This document shows, in pieces, positions 18,512 through 28,653 of a stretch of DNA of 64,000 nt; within the stretch, counting starts at the first letter, position 1, and every line of letters starts with the position of its first letter. The notes under the pieces are model-generated. The model was not told where the DNA came from. It ran no database searches and was given only the letters and a program-made list of their open reading frames with translations. The stretch lies in NCBI GenBank assembly GCA_019310535.1, contig JAFDED010000004.1, positions 27,699 through 91,698 of the forward strand, in the 5' to 3' direction. Position numbers and translations under genes: made by a program. The stretch comes from Deltaproteobacteria bacterium (GTDB lineage: Bacteria; Desulfobacterota; JAFDED01).

Positions 18512-19777
18512 ATGAGAGAGGTAGTTATAACTGGTGCGGTGAGAACACCTATAGGAGCATATTGCGGCATGTTGCGTGATGTGCCTGTGGAGAAACTTGC
18601 CGCCATTGTTCTGAATGAGGCAATAAAGAGGGCCAATATCAAGCCGGAAGAAGTGGACGATGTAATTATGGGTCAATCATATGCCAATGGTGAAGCGCCC
18701 AACCTTGCCCGTCTGGCCATCCTCGAGGCAGGCTGGCCGGTTGAAGTTCCGGGCTACACGCTTGATCGGCGATGTTGCACGGGCCTGCAATCGATTTGGT
18801 CTGGTGCCATGGAAATCCAAACATTAAATGCCGAAATAGTTGTTGCCGGGGGGGCCGAAAGCATGAGCCGTACGGAGTTTTACATCCCCGGTGAATATAT
18901 GAAGTGGGGCGTAGGCGGGAAGACCGACCCAAAGTGGGGTTTCTTTCCAAGGCATCATGGCAGCTTATCTCTTTGGGGGATACCTCTTTACGATAGAATA
19001 CAGCGGGGCAGACCCATGCATCAGCCTGTGGATAGATTTGGTGAGCTTAATTCAATGATGACCTGGGCAGAGACAGCCGCTAAAAAGGAAGGGATAAGTC
19101 GTGAAGAAGCTGACAGATGGGCATTGCGATCTCATCAACGAGCGATCGCCGCTATTGACTCCGGCAAGTTTAAAGAAGAAATTGTCCCCGTTCCGGTCCC
19201 CCAAAAGGACGGAGAAATGATGGTTGATACAGACGAAACGCCTCGCCGTGATACTTCATTAGAGAAGCTTTCCAGGCTGCGCCTCGTTTATCCAGATGGG
19301 GTCTGCACAGCGGGCAACTCTTCCAGTGAAAACGACGGTGCCGCTTGCCTGGTACTGACAACTCCAGAGAGAGCGAAAGAGCACCAAATTGAGCCGATGG
19401 CATACCTGCGCTCCTTTGCTATTGCTGGTTCCGATCCGACCCTTACGTACCCTTCAGTGCCTGCATCAGTAAATCGGGCGCTCAAGAAAGCCGGCCTCGT
19501 GATCGATGAAATTGATCTTATAGAAATCCAGGAAGCTTTCGCCGTGCAAGCGTTAGCGGATGCCAAATTAATGGGCATTCGTGAAGGAGATCTGGAGAAA
19601 AAGGTGAATGTGAACGGCTCGGGGATTTCCCTTGGCCATCCCATTGGAGCTACCGGAACAATGAGACTGATCACATTAGCTCATGAGATGGCAAGACGCA
19701 ATGCCAGGTACGGCCTTTTGACCATCTGTGGTGGAGGAGGCCTGGGTATCTGCGGAATCCTGGAGAGGAAAGAGTGA
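18512..19777 (+). CDS. Thiolase (acetyl-CoA C-acyltransferase)
   Basis: RTPIG, DRRCCTG, GGAESMS, QEAF, GHPIGATG, CGGGG. Confidence 0.92.
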   Translation: MREVVITGAVRTPIGAYCGMLRDVPVEKLAAIVLNEAIKRANIKPEEVDDVIMGQSYANGEAPNLARLAILEAGWPVEVPGYTLDRRCCTGLQSIWSGAMEIQTLNAEIVVAGGAESMSRTEFYIPGEYMKWGVGGKTDPKWGFFPRHHGSLSLWGIPLYDRIQRGRPMHQPVDRFGELNSMMTWAETAAKKEGISREEADRWALRSHQRAIAAIDSGKFKEEIVPVPVPQKDGEMMVDTDETPRRDTSLEKLSRLRLVYPDGVCTAGNSSSENDGAACLVLTTPERAKEHQIEPMAYLRSFAIAGSDPTLTYPSVPASVNRALKKAGLVIDEIDLIEIQEAFAVQALADAKLMGIREGDLEKKVNVNGSGISLGHPIGATGTMRLITLAHEMARRNARYGLLTICGGGGLGICGILERKE

Positions 19778-19842
19778 GAGGCTTTTTCAAAATCATTTTC
19801 GACAGTTAAAAAATAATGTTCTTTGGAAACAATAAATTATAC

Positions 19843-20053
19843 CTATTAACTTAGCTCAGCTAATACTGTATATTGTAGTTATTAAATCACGGCATACAAT
19901 ATACAGAAGAAGAGAAGTAGGCATATGAAAAAGCCATATCAAAAAACAAACCTTCTGGAATTCCAGAAAAATATCAAACCGAACAAGTTTAATAGATTGG
20001 TTACGGCTTGTGTTAACTCCAGGAGCGTTTGTTATGCTGAGTTAACTCAATAG
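19843..20053 (+). mobile_element. Internally deleted IS1595-like element (MITE-like remnant)
   Basis: Imperfect 18-bp terminal inverted repeats (19843-19860 CTATTAACTTAGCTCAGC; 20036-20053, 15/18 match). Internal 42-aa ORF 19925-20053 joins an NLLEFQK N-terminus to an FNRLVTAC...YAELTQ* C-terminus, as recalled for IS1595 transposases. Confidence 0.65.
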
Positions 20054-20495
20054 CAATTTTAAAATGATTTTTGCACCTATTAATTAAAATGTACTGCGAA
20101 ACTTTAGTACGATAAGGGTCATTTGGGGGAAAGAAAAAGAAATTGCAATGTCCCTTGAAATGTGTTACATGTCTCGATGTCATAATAATAATGCAAATTT
20201 TATATGCTTCAGCCGGTTTGCAAAAGGCACAAGGGTTTTCCAATAAAAGTTTGCGAGTTTACCCAACACAAGGTATAAGCAGGTTCACATTGGTCGTTGG
20301 AAAACGACGCTTTTAGATTTTTGTTGCTTGTTTCAAATGGGAACAACGCTGAACGTTCAGCCCGCTGGATATTTCATCCGCAGGAAAGGGTTTGACCCAG
20401 GGGTACATGTGCGTGATTGACTATCGGATCCACAGAAAAGCCGTAAGGGAAGTCGCTATTGTGAACACGATTCTCTGCATCCACGGAGCCTCGGG

Positions 20496-21248
20496 ATGAA
20501 AAAACGAGTAGCGGGCCCCATCCCGCTTTATTATCAAATAGGGAATATCCTGCGGGATAAAATCCACAAAGGTGAATATAAATTGGGTGAACGATTTCCC
20601 AGTGAGAAGGAATTATGCGTTGAGTTTGGGGTAAGTCGTATAACCATCCGGCAGACCCTGGCGTCCATGGCTGATCAAGGCCTATTGAACAGGCAGCGGG
20701 GTCGAGGGACTTTTGTTCAGGAAAAGCCGCGTTCAAGGAAAGTTTATCAATTTGGAGGATTTCTGGAGGACCTGGCCGGTCAGGTGATGCGGTTAAAGGC
20801 GCATCTGATCCGGTTTGAACCCATCGACCCCGGGTCGGATATTCGCCAAATCTTACGCCTCGGCCCACAAGATGAGGTGTTCATAGTGGAGCGCGTTCGA
20901 CTTTCCAGTCAAGAACCTATACTGCACGCGATCCATTACATTCCCGGTCTTATAGCCCGGCAGTTTGATCCTGCGGACCTTTATAAACAGAACATTATGG
21001 AAATTATTGAAAAGAAATGCGGAATCAGCATCAGCCATGCAGAGCAGACTATGGTGGCGACCCTTGCCGATGCAACTATGTCCGAAATACTTCAAGTGAG
21101 GATCGGTGCTCCGTTATTGAAGATCCGGAGGACATTTTTCGCCATCGATCACCAGCCGGTGGAGAACGTGCTGGTCCACTACCGGGGTGATATGTATGAG
21201 TTTGTTGTGCGATTGAATAGGCGCGATGAGGATAATAAAGAAAAGTAA
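20496..21248 (+). CDS. GntR-family regulator, HutC/UTRA subfamily
   Basis: PLYYQI, FPSEKEL, FGVSRITIRQ, RGRGTFV and C-terminal UTRA-like domain. Confidence 0.92.
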   Translation: MKKRVAGPIPLYYQIGNILRDKIHKGEYKLGERFPSEKELCVEFGVSRITIRQTLASMADQGLLNRQRGRGTFVQEKPRSRKVYQFGGFLEDLAGQVMRLKAHLIRFEPIDPGSDIRQILRLGPQDEVFIVERVRLSSQEPILHAIHYIPGLIARQFDPADLYKQNIMEIIEKKCGISISHAEQTMVATLADATMSEILQVRIGAPLLKIRRTFFAIDHQPVENVLVHYRGDMYEFVVRLNRRDEDNKEK

Positions 21249-21364
21249 ATTGCACTTTTTCCAGCCAGGAAGTGATCACCGCCATGAACCCGGCAGTATT
21301 TTAAACGGCATGACTGTTCGCCCGCCAGGTAAATCCCTGCTGCAACACAAGGAGGACTGACAAT

Positions 21365-22525
21365 ATGGATTTCAATCTCACGGAAGAACAAAGGATTTTG
21401 CAGGACAGCGCGAAGCGCCTTGCGGAACGGGAATTTGCCCAAAACGCGTTTACATGGGAGGAGCGCGGGGAATACCCATGGCAGAACCTGAAAATCCTGG
21501 CTGAAAACGGTTTCACCGGTATCCGCATACCTCAGGAAGACGGCGGTCAGGGTGGGGAGCTATTGGACGCCATCATTGCCATGGAGGCGGTTTCGAAAGT
21601 CTGCCCGCACAGTGGTGATTGCGTGCAGGCAACTAACTTTGGAGCTATCCAGCAATTGGCCGTGCTGGGGTCCCGGGAACTGAAGCAGCAGTCCCTTGTC
21701 CCTCTCCTGAAAGGCGACGGGCTGATTACCGTTGCGATGTCCGAGCCGAACGCAGGATCAGCCGTGACAGACTTGCAAACCGCGGCCCGCCTGGACGGGG
21801 ATTCAGTGGTCATCAACGGCAGCAAGATTTTCAACTCCAATGGGCCCCATGCCACGTGCTTCGTGGTCTGGGTACGGTTCGGCAAGGATGTGCAGTCCTC
21901 CGGCGCCGTCCTGGTGGACCATGAGGCGCCGGGTTTCTCCAGAGGAAAAACGGAATATCACATGTCGGGCGAGGCTCACTGCATGCTGTATTTCGATGAT
22001 TGCCGCGTTCCACGGGGAAATATCATCGTGGAGGAGGACGGATTTCGGCGTCTGCTGCCGGTCTTCAACATCGAGCGACTGGGAAACTCCACCCGGTCCC
22101 TTGCACTGGCGCAGGCCTGCTTTGATCGTGCAGTCCAGCACGCAAAGGAACGCCAGCAATTTAACCGCCCCATTTGTGAATTCCAGGGGATCCAGTGGAA
22201 GGTGGCGGAGATGAAGATGAAGCTGGACGCCGCCCGCCTCCTGCTGTACCGGGCAGCCGTAAACGCTCAGGAGGGGACCCCCTCGGCCCTTGAGACGTCC
22301 ATTGCCAAGGCATACTGCAACCAGACCGCCTTTGAGGTTGCCCACGAGGCCGTGCAGATCATGGGCGGGTATGGTTACTCACGGGAGTTTCCCGTGGAAT
22401 ACATGTTTCGCCGTATCCGCGGATGGATGATAGCCGGCGGCACTATCGAGATGCTGAAGAACCGCATCGCCTCAGAGGTCTTCGGGCGTCGCTTCAGCCA
22501 GCGGCCCCCCCGTCCGAAAGCTTAA
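21365..22525 (+). CDS. Acyl-CoA dehydrogenase
   Basis: MDFNLTEEQ, AMSEPNAGS, NGSKIF, ERQQFNRPI, QIMGGYGY, IAGGT. Confidence 0.95.
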   Translation: MDFNLTEEQRILQDSAKRLAEREFAQNAFTWEERGEYPWQNLKILAENGFTGIRIPQEDGGQGGELLDAIIAMEAVSKVCPHSGDCVQATNFGAIQQLAVLGSRELKQQSLVPLLKGDGLITVAMSEPNAGSAVTDLQTAARLDGDSVVINGSKIFNSNGPHATCFVVWVRFGKDVQSSGAVLVDHEAPGFSRGKTEYHMSGEAHCMLYFDDCRVPRGNIIVEEDGFRRLLPVFNIERLGNSTRSLALAQACFDRAVQHAKERQQFNRPICEFQGIQWKVAEMKMKLDAARLLLYRAAVNAQEGTPSALETSIAKAYCNQTAFEVAHEAVQIMGGYGYSREFPVEYMFRRIRGWMIAGGTIEMLKNRIASEVFGRRFSQRPPRPKA

Positions 22526-23048
22526 CCTGACAACCCTACTGGGTAAGAAGCAAACTCCGGCGTTACGAAATATACTTCTCCCAACCAGCAATGCGAAGAA
22601 GGGGGTTCTCATGATTTACGTGCAGTATCCCCTGAAGGAGAGCATTAAAGAGGCAAACCTTTATTCTATGTTGTTACGGTGGACGCTTAATTAAGGCAGC
22701 ATAGGGCTCGTCTTCTGATGTGTCACTACCTCAAGCATGTTTGTTGCGGGAGCTCCCTTCCGGATCCTCATATTCCTTTTTCTTTGTTTGCCTTTATTAA
22801 GGATTCTAACTCTCTCTCTAGGATCGTACCAACTTGTATTTTCCCCGGTTATTAAGGACTTTTGGAGAAGCTTTTCGAAAAGGGGGGGGTGGCTAGGATG
22901 ACCTGTCGTCCTGGCTACCCCAACTGCATCCTTCATCTATTATTGGCGGTAATTTGACTGTAATATCGTTGATCAATATGTTGCTGATCAAAGTGGATAA
23001 TTCTGTTTTCCTTTCAAAATTTTGTGGTAAATCCTGATACTTTTTTGC

Positions 23049-23125
23049 TTGACATCAAATATGTGAACTGGTATGGGAAATATCATAAAAAGAATACAAG
23101 TAATACAAATATGGTCGTACGATCA
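23049..23125 (+). promoter_or_regulatory. Putative sigma70 promoter and operator for the catabolic gene run
   Basis: TTGACA (23049), 17 bp, then weak -10 TATGGG with TG extension; AATACAA direct repeats (23093, 23102); near-palindrome TGGTCGTACGATCA (23112-23125). Confidence 0.4.
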
Positions 23126-23336
23126 AGGCTGCTTTTACCGTAATTTTTTATCGTTCCTGCTTCTGGATTAGTGGGGAGAGCGCATTTTTTCGTGCCTATT
23201 TGATATCATGCAGAAGAAGACGAAATGTTTTAAAGGCGCAACAATAAAGGGGATGGGTTTGGGTTTTTTAATAACACCTTACTCAAAGGTGATAATTTCG
23301 GGAGCCAGCTTTAATTGTTAAGGAAAGGAGGGAATC

Positions 23337-23744
23337 ATGATCAGACCGAAAAGAATATACTTGACAGCCCTGCTGGCAGTGAGTGCTTTCTTGATTGGAT
23401 ATGCCTCTATATCCATAGCGGATGAGAAGGGGAGTGGTGGACCCAAGTTTGACCTCAAAATCGCTCCAGAGGCTGATGTCAAAGCCAGCGCGTATAAGAA
23501 AGAGTGGAAAGGGAAAAGCCGTCTCCACGTGCAATTGGAAATCACCAACGTGACCGACAAGCCACAACGTTTCAAGGTTATGGGCGACATCCCGGAGGGG
23601 CCTGCCTTCGCCATGAAGGTTCCCCGGAAGGGCAAACCACCGGTGGTGAAACCCAAGGAGACCCAGAAGGTTGTCTTCCCGCTGATTTACGAGAAGATGC
23701 CGGATCGGATCTTTATTGAGCTGATTACCGTTTCTGCGCAGTGA
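23337..23744 (+). CDS. Small secreted/periplasmic hypothetical protein
   Basis: AAGGAGG RBS, signal peptide, beta-rich mature part (LHVQLEITNVTDKPQRFKV). Confidence 0.7.
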   Translation: MIRPKRIYLTALLAVSAFLIGYASISIADEKGSGGPKFDLKIAPEADVKASAYKKEWKGKSRLHVQLEITNVTDKPQRFKVMGDIPEGPAFAMKVPRKGKPPVVKPKETQKVVFPLIYEKMPDRIFIELITVSAQ

Positions 23745-23848
23745 ATTTCGGAGATGAAACAAGGTGCAGGATCATTAAACCTCTTTCCGAGGGGGAAACC
23801 CCCTATTACTGGGAGGGCGACGAGACCCCTGCCAAAAGGAGGGTAGAG

Positions 23849-24820
23849 ATGAAGGACAGAAGCCTTACTATCCTTACTGTCGTAAGTATTGCGGTGGCCC
23901 TGGTCATTGTGGGTGCAGCGGCCGCCGACTCCCACGCAGAGAAAATGAAGCGTTATTCAGTGGCCACAGGCGGAACAGGCGGAACAGTATATCCCATGTT
24001 CGGCGCCATCGCCGAAATTGTCAATAGAAACGTCAAAAATGTGAAGCTGACCGTGGAGGTAACCGCAGCCTCTAACGAAAACCTGCGCTTGATCCAGACC
24101 GGAGAGGTGGACTTCTTTATCTCCAACGGCCAGTTGTGCAGCAAGGCCGTCAAAGGAGAAAAGCCCTTCCCCACCAAGTTCGACAAAGTCCGGCTCGCAG
24201 GTTGGATGCATGGAAGTCCCTTGCAGATCGCTGTATTCGCCAAAAGCAATATTAAGTCCCTCATGGACCTGAAAGGGAAAAAAGTGGTGGTCGGCGCTGT
24301 TGGTTCGGGCAACGAGGCCTCCGTGCGGATCATTTTTGGGATGGCGGGGCTGACCTACAAGGATTTCAAGCCGTTATACCTTAGCTTCAGCGAGGGTGCT
24401 GCGGCCATGAAAGACCGCAGGGTTGACGTGTTGACCGTACAGGCGGGTTACCCTACCACCGCCCTGCTGGACCTGTCCACATCAGTTCCCATCAGGCTGA
24501 TTCCGGTCGAAATGGCGCTGGCTAAAAAGGTCAACGCCAAGTACCCGCTCTATATTCCATCCACGATCCCGGCAAATATCTATAAAGGCCAGACTGAGCC
24601 AACACTGGTTATCGACTCCCCCGGCGTGTGGGGCGCCGCAGCGTCTGTCCCTGCGGACTTGGTTTACCAGGTGGTGAAGTTAACCAAGGAAAACATCGAC
24701 GAACTGGCCAACGTCCACGTTGCCTTCAAGCAATGGAAATTCGAACCGTCTGTCCAGGCGGCAGGTCCTCTGCATCCTGGCGCCATCCGGTATTACAAAG
24801 AACTGGGGTTGATGAAGTAA
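23849..24820 (+). CDS. TAXI-family TRAP solute-binding protein
   Basis: ATGGTGGTVYP, AASNENL, GSGNE, PLHPGAIRYYKE; start at ATG 23849 with AGGAGG. Confidence 0.92.
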   Translation: MKDRSLTILTVVSIAVALVIVGAAAADSHAEKMKRYSVATGGTGGTVYPMFGAIAEIVNRNVKNVKLTVEVTAASNENLRLIQTGEVDFFISNGQLCSKAVKGEKPFPTKFDKVRLAGWMHGSPLQIAVFAKSNIKSLMDLKGKKVVVGAVGSGNEASVRIIFGMAGLTYKDFKPLYLSFSEGAAAMKDRRVDVLTVQAGYPTTALLDLSTSVPIRLIPVEMALAKKVNAKYPLYIPSTIPANIYKGQTEPTLVIDSPGVWGAAASVPADLVYQVVKLTKENIDELANVHVAFKQWKFEPSVQAAGPLHPGAIRYYKELGLMK

Positions 24821-24860
24821 CCTCCATCGATTGATTCGTTTTCTGTTAACGGTACCATGT

Positions 24861-24903
24861 TTGGCTCCGGGGCGGCTTAGCTGTCCGGTTGCCCCGGAGC
24901 CGA
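24861..24903 (+). terminator. GC-rich intercistronic hairpin after the binding-protein gene
   Basis: GGCTCCGGGGC (24863-24873) pairs perfectly with GCCCCGGAGCC (24891-24901); no strong U-tract, so it may stabilise mRNA rather than terminate. Confidence 0.5.
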
Positions 24904-24985
24904 CATTCTGTCGGAAATGGACCGCCCTCCATCGGGGAAACCGGAATTGTTGAATCACCAAACATGATGCTTCACGGGATTTTAG

Positions 24986-26863
24986 ATGACCAGTCAACGC
25001 CATCTGACGGGTATTATCGCCAAAGTCGCCATGGTCACTGCTGTGGCCATGACTCTGTTCCATCTCTATTATACCACGCTGGGCATCATGCAGATGATGT
25101 ACTTCCGAAGCTTCCACGTCATGTTTGCCTGCGTGCTGATTTTTCTGCTCTACCCAATCTCCAGGAAATCATCCCGTTCGAGTGTCCCCTGGTATGATTA
25201 TCTCTTTGCCGCCCTGACCATCGCGGGCGGAACATACATCATCGTCGAGTTTGAGTCCATGGTGGCCCGGTTGGGCATCCAGACCACCCGTGATGTGGTC
25301 TTCGCCATCATTACCATCAGCCTTGTATTGGAAGCCACCCGGAGGACCGTTGGGAATGCATTGCCGATCTTATGCCTGGTCTTTATTGCTTACGCCATGT
25401 TCGGACACTACCTTCCCGATGCAATTGCTCACCGAGGCTTCAGCATCCAGCGCATCACCAGTCAGCTTTATTCAACCATGGAAGGCATCTACGGCATGAC
25501 CACAAAAGCCATGGCCGTGTATGTGTTCTTGTTCATAGTATTCGGTGCCTTCCTGGACGCATCCGGCGCCGGCAACTATTTCAACGATTTGGCGTACAGC
25601 CTGACCGGTTCCTGGCGGGGAGGCCCCGCTCAGACCGCCGTGGTTGCCAGCACACTGATGGGGTCGGTCTCGGGGGCCGCAGTGGCCAACGTGGTCGCCA
25701 CAGGCAGTTTTACTATCCCTTTGATGAAGAAGGTCGGATATCGCCCGCATGAGGCCGGTGCAATCGAGGCGGCTGCATCCACCGGCGGCCAGTTCATGCC
25801 GCCGGTGATGGGCTCGGGCATATTCATCATGTCCGAGTGGACGGGCATCCCTTACTTTGAAATCGTCAAGTTGGCGTTCCTTCCTGCCCTGCTCTATTTT
25901 TTTTCCGTGGGAGTGTACGTCTATATTCAGGCCAATAAAATGGGCCTTCAGCCGATCCCTCGCTCTGACCTGCCACCCATCGGCAAAACGTTGCTGAAAG
26001 GAATCCACTACATGGTGCCCCTGATTATTCTGGTTGTGGTGCTTCTTATTGGTCGCACCCCTACGTTTGCTGCAGTCATCGGTATCCTTTCGGTAATTGT
26101 GATCAGTTGGTTTCGCAGGGAAACCCGGATGTATCCACGGGACATCATGCGTGGACTGGCCATGGGCGCCAGGAAGGCCATAGCAGTTTCCGCGGCCTGC
26201 GTGGCGTCGGGCGTCGTGGTGGGCGTGGTAGGCCTTACAGGGATAGGGCTGTCATTTTCCTCAGGTGTTATTTCACTGGCCGGGGATTCTTTGATCCTCG
26301 CCTTGCTTTTGGTCATGGGCGCCACCGGCATCCTTGGGATGGGCCTGCCCATCACGGCGGCCTATATTGTCACCGCCATTCTGGCAGCTCCGGCCATGCT
26401 CAAGATGGGAATCCCCCTGCTGGTGGCGCATATGGTCATTTTCTGGTTCAGCTCCATCGGCAACGTTACTCCACCTGTCTGCCTTGCGGCATACGCCGGC
26501 GCCGGGATGGCTGGTGCCGATCCCATGCGCACCGGCTTTACCGCCTGGAACGTGGCAAAAGGGTTGTATGTGATACCATTCATGATGGTTTACACTCCGT
26601 TGATGACCGGTGAACCGGGTCCGATTCTGCTCAATACTTGCCTCATTGCGCTGGGGCTCACGGCCTTCACTATAACACTTTCACGACAATTAATCCGGCC
26701 ATTGAGCCTTTTTCAGCATGCGGCGTTCTTGGGAGCAACGATCTTCCTGCTTTTCCCCATCAACACCATTACTTATGGCTTGGGCATGGCGCTGTTCCTC
26801 TGGGGGATCGTCAGTGATATCTTAAAAGGGAGGGAAAAGATCAGCCAGACTGCTTCGGCTTGA
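24986..26863 (+). CDS. TRAP transporter fused (4TM/12TM) permease, TAXI-associated
   Basis: LEATRR, ANVVATGSFTIPLMKK, EAAASTGGQFMPPVMG, VTPPVCLAAY. Confidence 0.93.
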   Translation: MTSQRHLTGIIAKVAMVTAVAMTLFHLYYTTLGIMQMMYFRSFHVMFACVLIFLLYPISRKSSRSSVPWYDYLFAALTIAGGTYIIVEFESMVARLGIQTTRDVVFAIITISLVLEATRRTVGNALPILCLVFIAYAMFGHYLPDAIAHRGFSIQRITSQLYSTMEGIYGMTTKAMAVYVFLFIVFGAFLDASGAGNYFNDLAYSLTGSWRGGPAQTAVVASTLMGSVSGAAVANVVATGSFTIPLMKKVGYRPHEAGAIEAAASTGGQFMPPVMGSGIFIMSEWTGIPYFEIVKLAFLPALLYFFSVGVYVYIQANKMGLQPIPRSDLPPIGKTLLKGIHYMVPLIILVVVLLIGRTPTFAAVIGILSVIVISWFRRETRMYPRDIMRGLAMGARKAIAVSAACVASGVVVGVVGLTGIGLSFSSGVISLAGDSLILALLLVMGATGILGMGLPITAAYIVTAILAAPAMLKMGIPLLVAHMVIFWFSSIGNVTPPVCLAAYAGAGMAGADPMRTGFTAWNVAKGLYVIPFMMVYTPLMTGEPGPILLNTCLIALGLTAFTITLSRQLIRPLSLFQHAAFLGATIFLLFPINTITYGLGMALFLWGIVSDILKGREKISQTASA

Positions 26864-26884
26864 ATTTAGGCGAGGGAAAAGACG

Positions 26885-27358
26885 ATGAAAATCACGATTC
26901 CAGCCGTCTTTGGTGTTTTTGTTGGAATCCTGATCACCGCCCCGGCATCCGGGGGCCGATACGTTATCGAGGTGTACAACGACAGCTTGGGAAAGATGAT
27001 CATCCAGCGGCCCGCGGTGCCCGGCAATAGGTTCTCACTCGAATACATGCACTCCATTCAGCTTCATCCGGTGGTGGAAAACTTCACTTTTGATAAGCAG
27101 GGAGACATCATCCTGACCGACCAGATTATCATGGACCACGGGCACGGGCTGCCTGAGCCCTCCCCAAAGGATCACTGGCGTTTGGTTGATGACAAGATCC
27201 ACATTTATAACATCAACAAGCGTATTGGGACCATCGTTCTGCGGGTCAGCTTTTTACATGACCAGTTCCTGGTGTTCGGCTCATTTCGACTGAACCTGGT
27301 GAAAGTCGCACGGGGAGGACAGAGAATAATCATTTCTGTCCATCGTTTCGAGGAGTAG
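26885..27358 (+). CDS. DUF1850-like protein
   Basis: FSLEYMHSIQLHPVVENF...GHGLP pattern; usual partner of TAXI systems. Confidence 0.75.
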   Translation: MKITIPAVFGVFVGILITAPASGGRYVIEVYNDSLGKMIIQRPAVPGNRFSLEYMHSIQLHPVVENFTFDKQGDIILTDQIIMDHGHGLPEPSPKDHWRLVDDKIHIYNINKRIGTIVLRVSFLHDQFLVFGSFRLNLVKVARGGQRIIISVHRFEE

Positions 27359-27478
27359 TTCTTTCCCCCGAGTCGCCCTATGGGTGCGGCAGTTCACTAA
27401 AGGGCGGTGTCCAGCGTTTTGGCGGAGCTTGCCCGACTTCGCATTTTGTTCCGAGTTCCGGGTGATGAGGAGGTTTCT

Positions 27479-28609
27479 ATGCAGCTTACGGAAAAGGAGA
27501 TCAAGTTCGCCACAGATGGTATTGATCGTCTGGTTTGTGCTCCAATCGGCGCCAAGTTTTTCCGGCGCACCGAATACCCGCTGATCCATTTGCTCTATGA
27601 GGCGGCCCGAAAAAAAACGGCGACGGGAGACCCGTTGAGCTACCAGGCGGCCAAAGGCCTGGCCGAGCGGGTCAAGCCGGGTGACACGGTGATTTTTCTG
27701 ACCGGTTGGTACTTGCCCATGTACATGATCGGCGAGAATGACGGCCCTCCGGGCTCCGCTGGCTTGGCCCGCGCCATCAACTTCGGGCTGGGGGCCACTC
27801 CCATCGTCTTCTCAGAGTCCGGCCACCTGGACATAATAAAGGCCTCTTTTCAAGGTGCGGGCTTTCGCATTGCCGATGATCTCAAAGAGGCCCGGAAGAT
27901 AATGCGCCGCGTATATGTGGCAGCCCCGCTCTCGCCTCGCATGGATGAAACACAGAGCATAGAGATCATAAATCGCCGGCTGGATGAGCTGAAGCCCTCT
28001 GCCGTCATCGCAGTGGAGAAAAGCGGTCCCAATGCAGCCGGACTGAATCACTCGCTGCCCGGACGAGATCTGACACCCATCAACGGGAAATACCACCTCT
28101 TGGTGGAAGAGGCCCGGCGCAGGGGCATATTTACCATTGGCTGCGGTGATGGCGGCAACGAGATCGGCATGGGCAACGTTCACGAGGAGGTGCGAAAATA
28201 CCTTGCCACCGGCGACACGTGCTACTGTGGATGGTATTCAGGTTGCGCCGCCACTACTCAGACTGATGTACTGGTTGTGGGCTTCATTTCCAATTGGGCC
28301 GCTTATGGCATCGAGGCAGCACTGGCACTATTCCTCCAGCGCCACGAACTCATGCATGACGGGGAGATCGAGGAGCGTGTTTTGCGCTTGACCGCCGACG
28401 CCGGCGCTGCCGGACCTCCTTACGGATTTTCCGAAATGGGTGTGGATGAGCTTCCCACCCGCTTTAATATCCTGCTGGTAGAACAGCTCAAGTTCACCGT
28501 GCTGGATTACCTGACACATACAGAGGGCCGCCGCAGATACATGGAGACTATCAAGGGGATCGCAGCCCTGGACACTTGGATTAAAGAGGAATACGCCCAC
28601 AAAGATTAG
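27479..28609 (+). CDS. D-glutamate cyclase-like (DUF4392) protein
   Basis: ENDGPPG, IAVEKSG, TIGCGDGGNEIGMG, SNWAAYG; start ATG 27479 with GAGGAGG. Confidence 0.8.
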   Translation: MQLTEKEIKFATDGIDRLVCAPIGAKFFRRTEYPLIHLLYEAARKKTATGDPLSYQAAKGLAERVKPGDTVIFLTGWYLPMYMIGENDGPPGSAGLARAINFGLGATPIVFSESGHLDIIKASFQGAGFRIADDLKEARKIMRRVYVAAPLSPRMDETQSIEIINRRLDELKPSAVIAVEKSGPNAAGLNHSLPGRDLTPINGKYHLLVEEARRRGIFTIGCGDGGNEIGMGNVHEEVRKYLATGDTCYCGWYSGCAATTQTDVLVVGFISNWAAYGIEAALALFLQRHELMHDGEIEERVLRLTADAGAAGPPYGFSEMGVDELPTRFNILLVEQLKFTVLDYLTHTEGRRRYMETIKGIAALDTWIKEEYAHKD

Positions 28610-28653
28610 TGAGGTGTCTCAATGTCGACTTTTGTAAAAGGAGGAGGAAAGCC

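Noticed and set aside
22526-23040. Long intergenic stretch with an 81-aa minus-strand ORF
   Set aside because: No recognisable protein or RNA motif; could be decayed sequence but cannot be supported.
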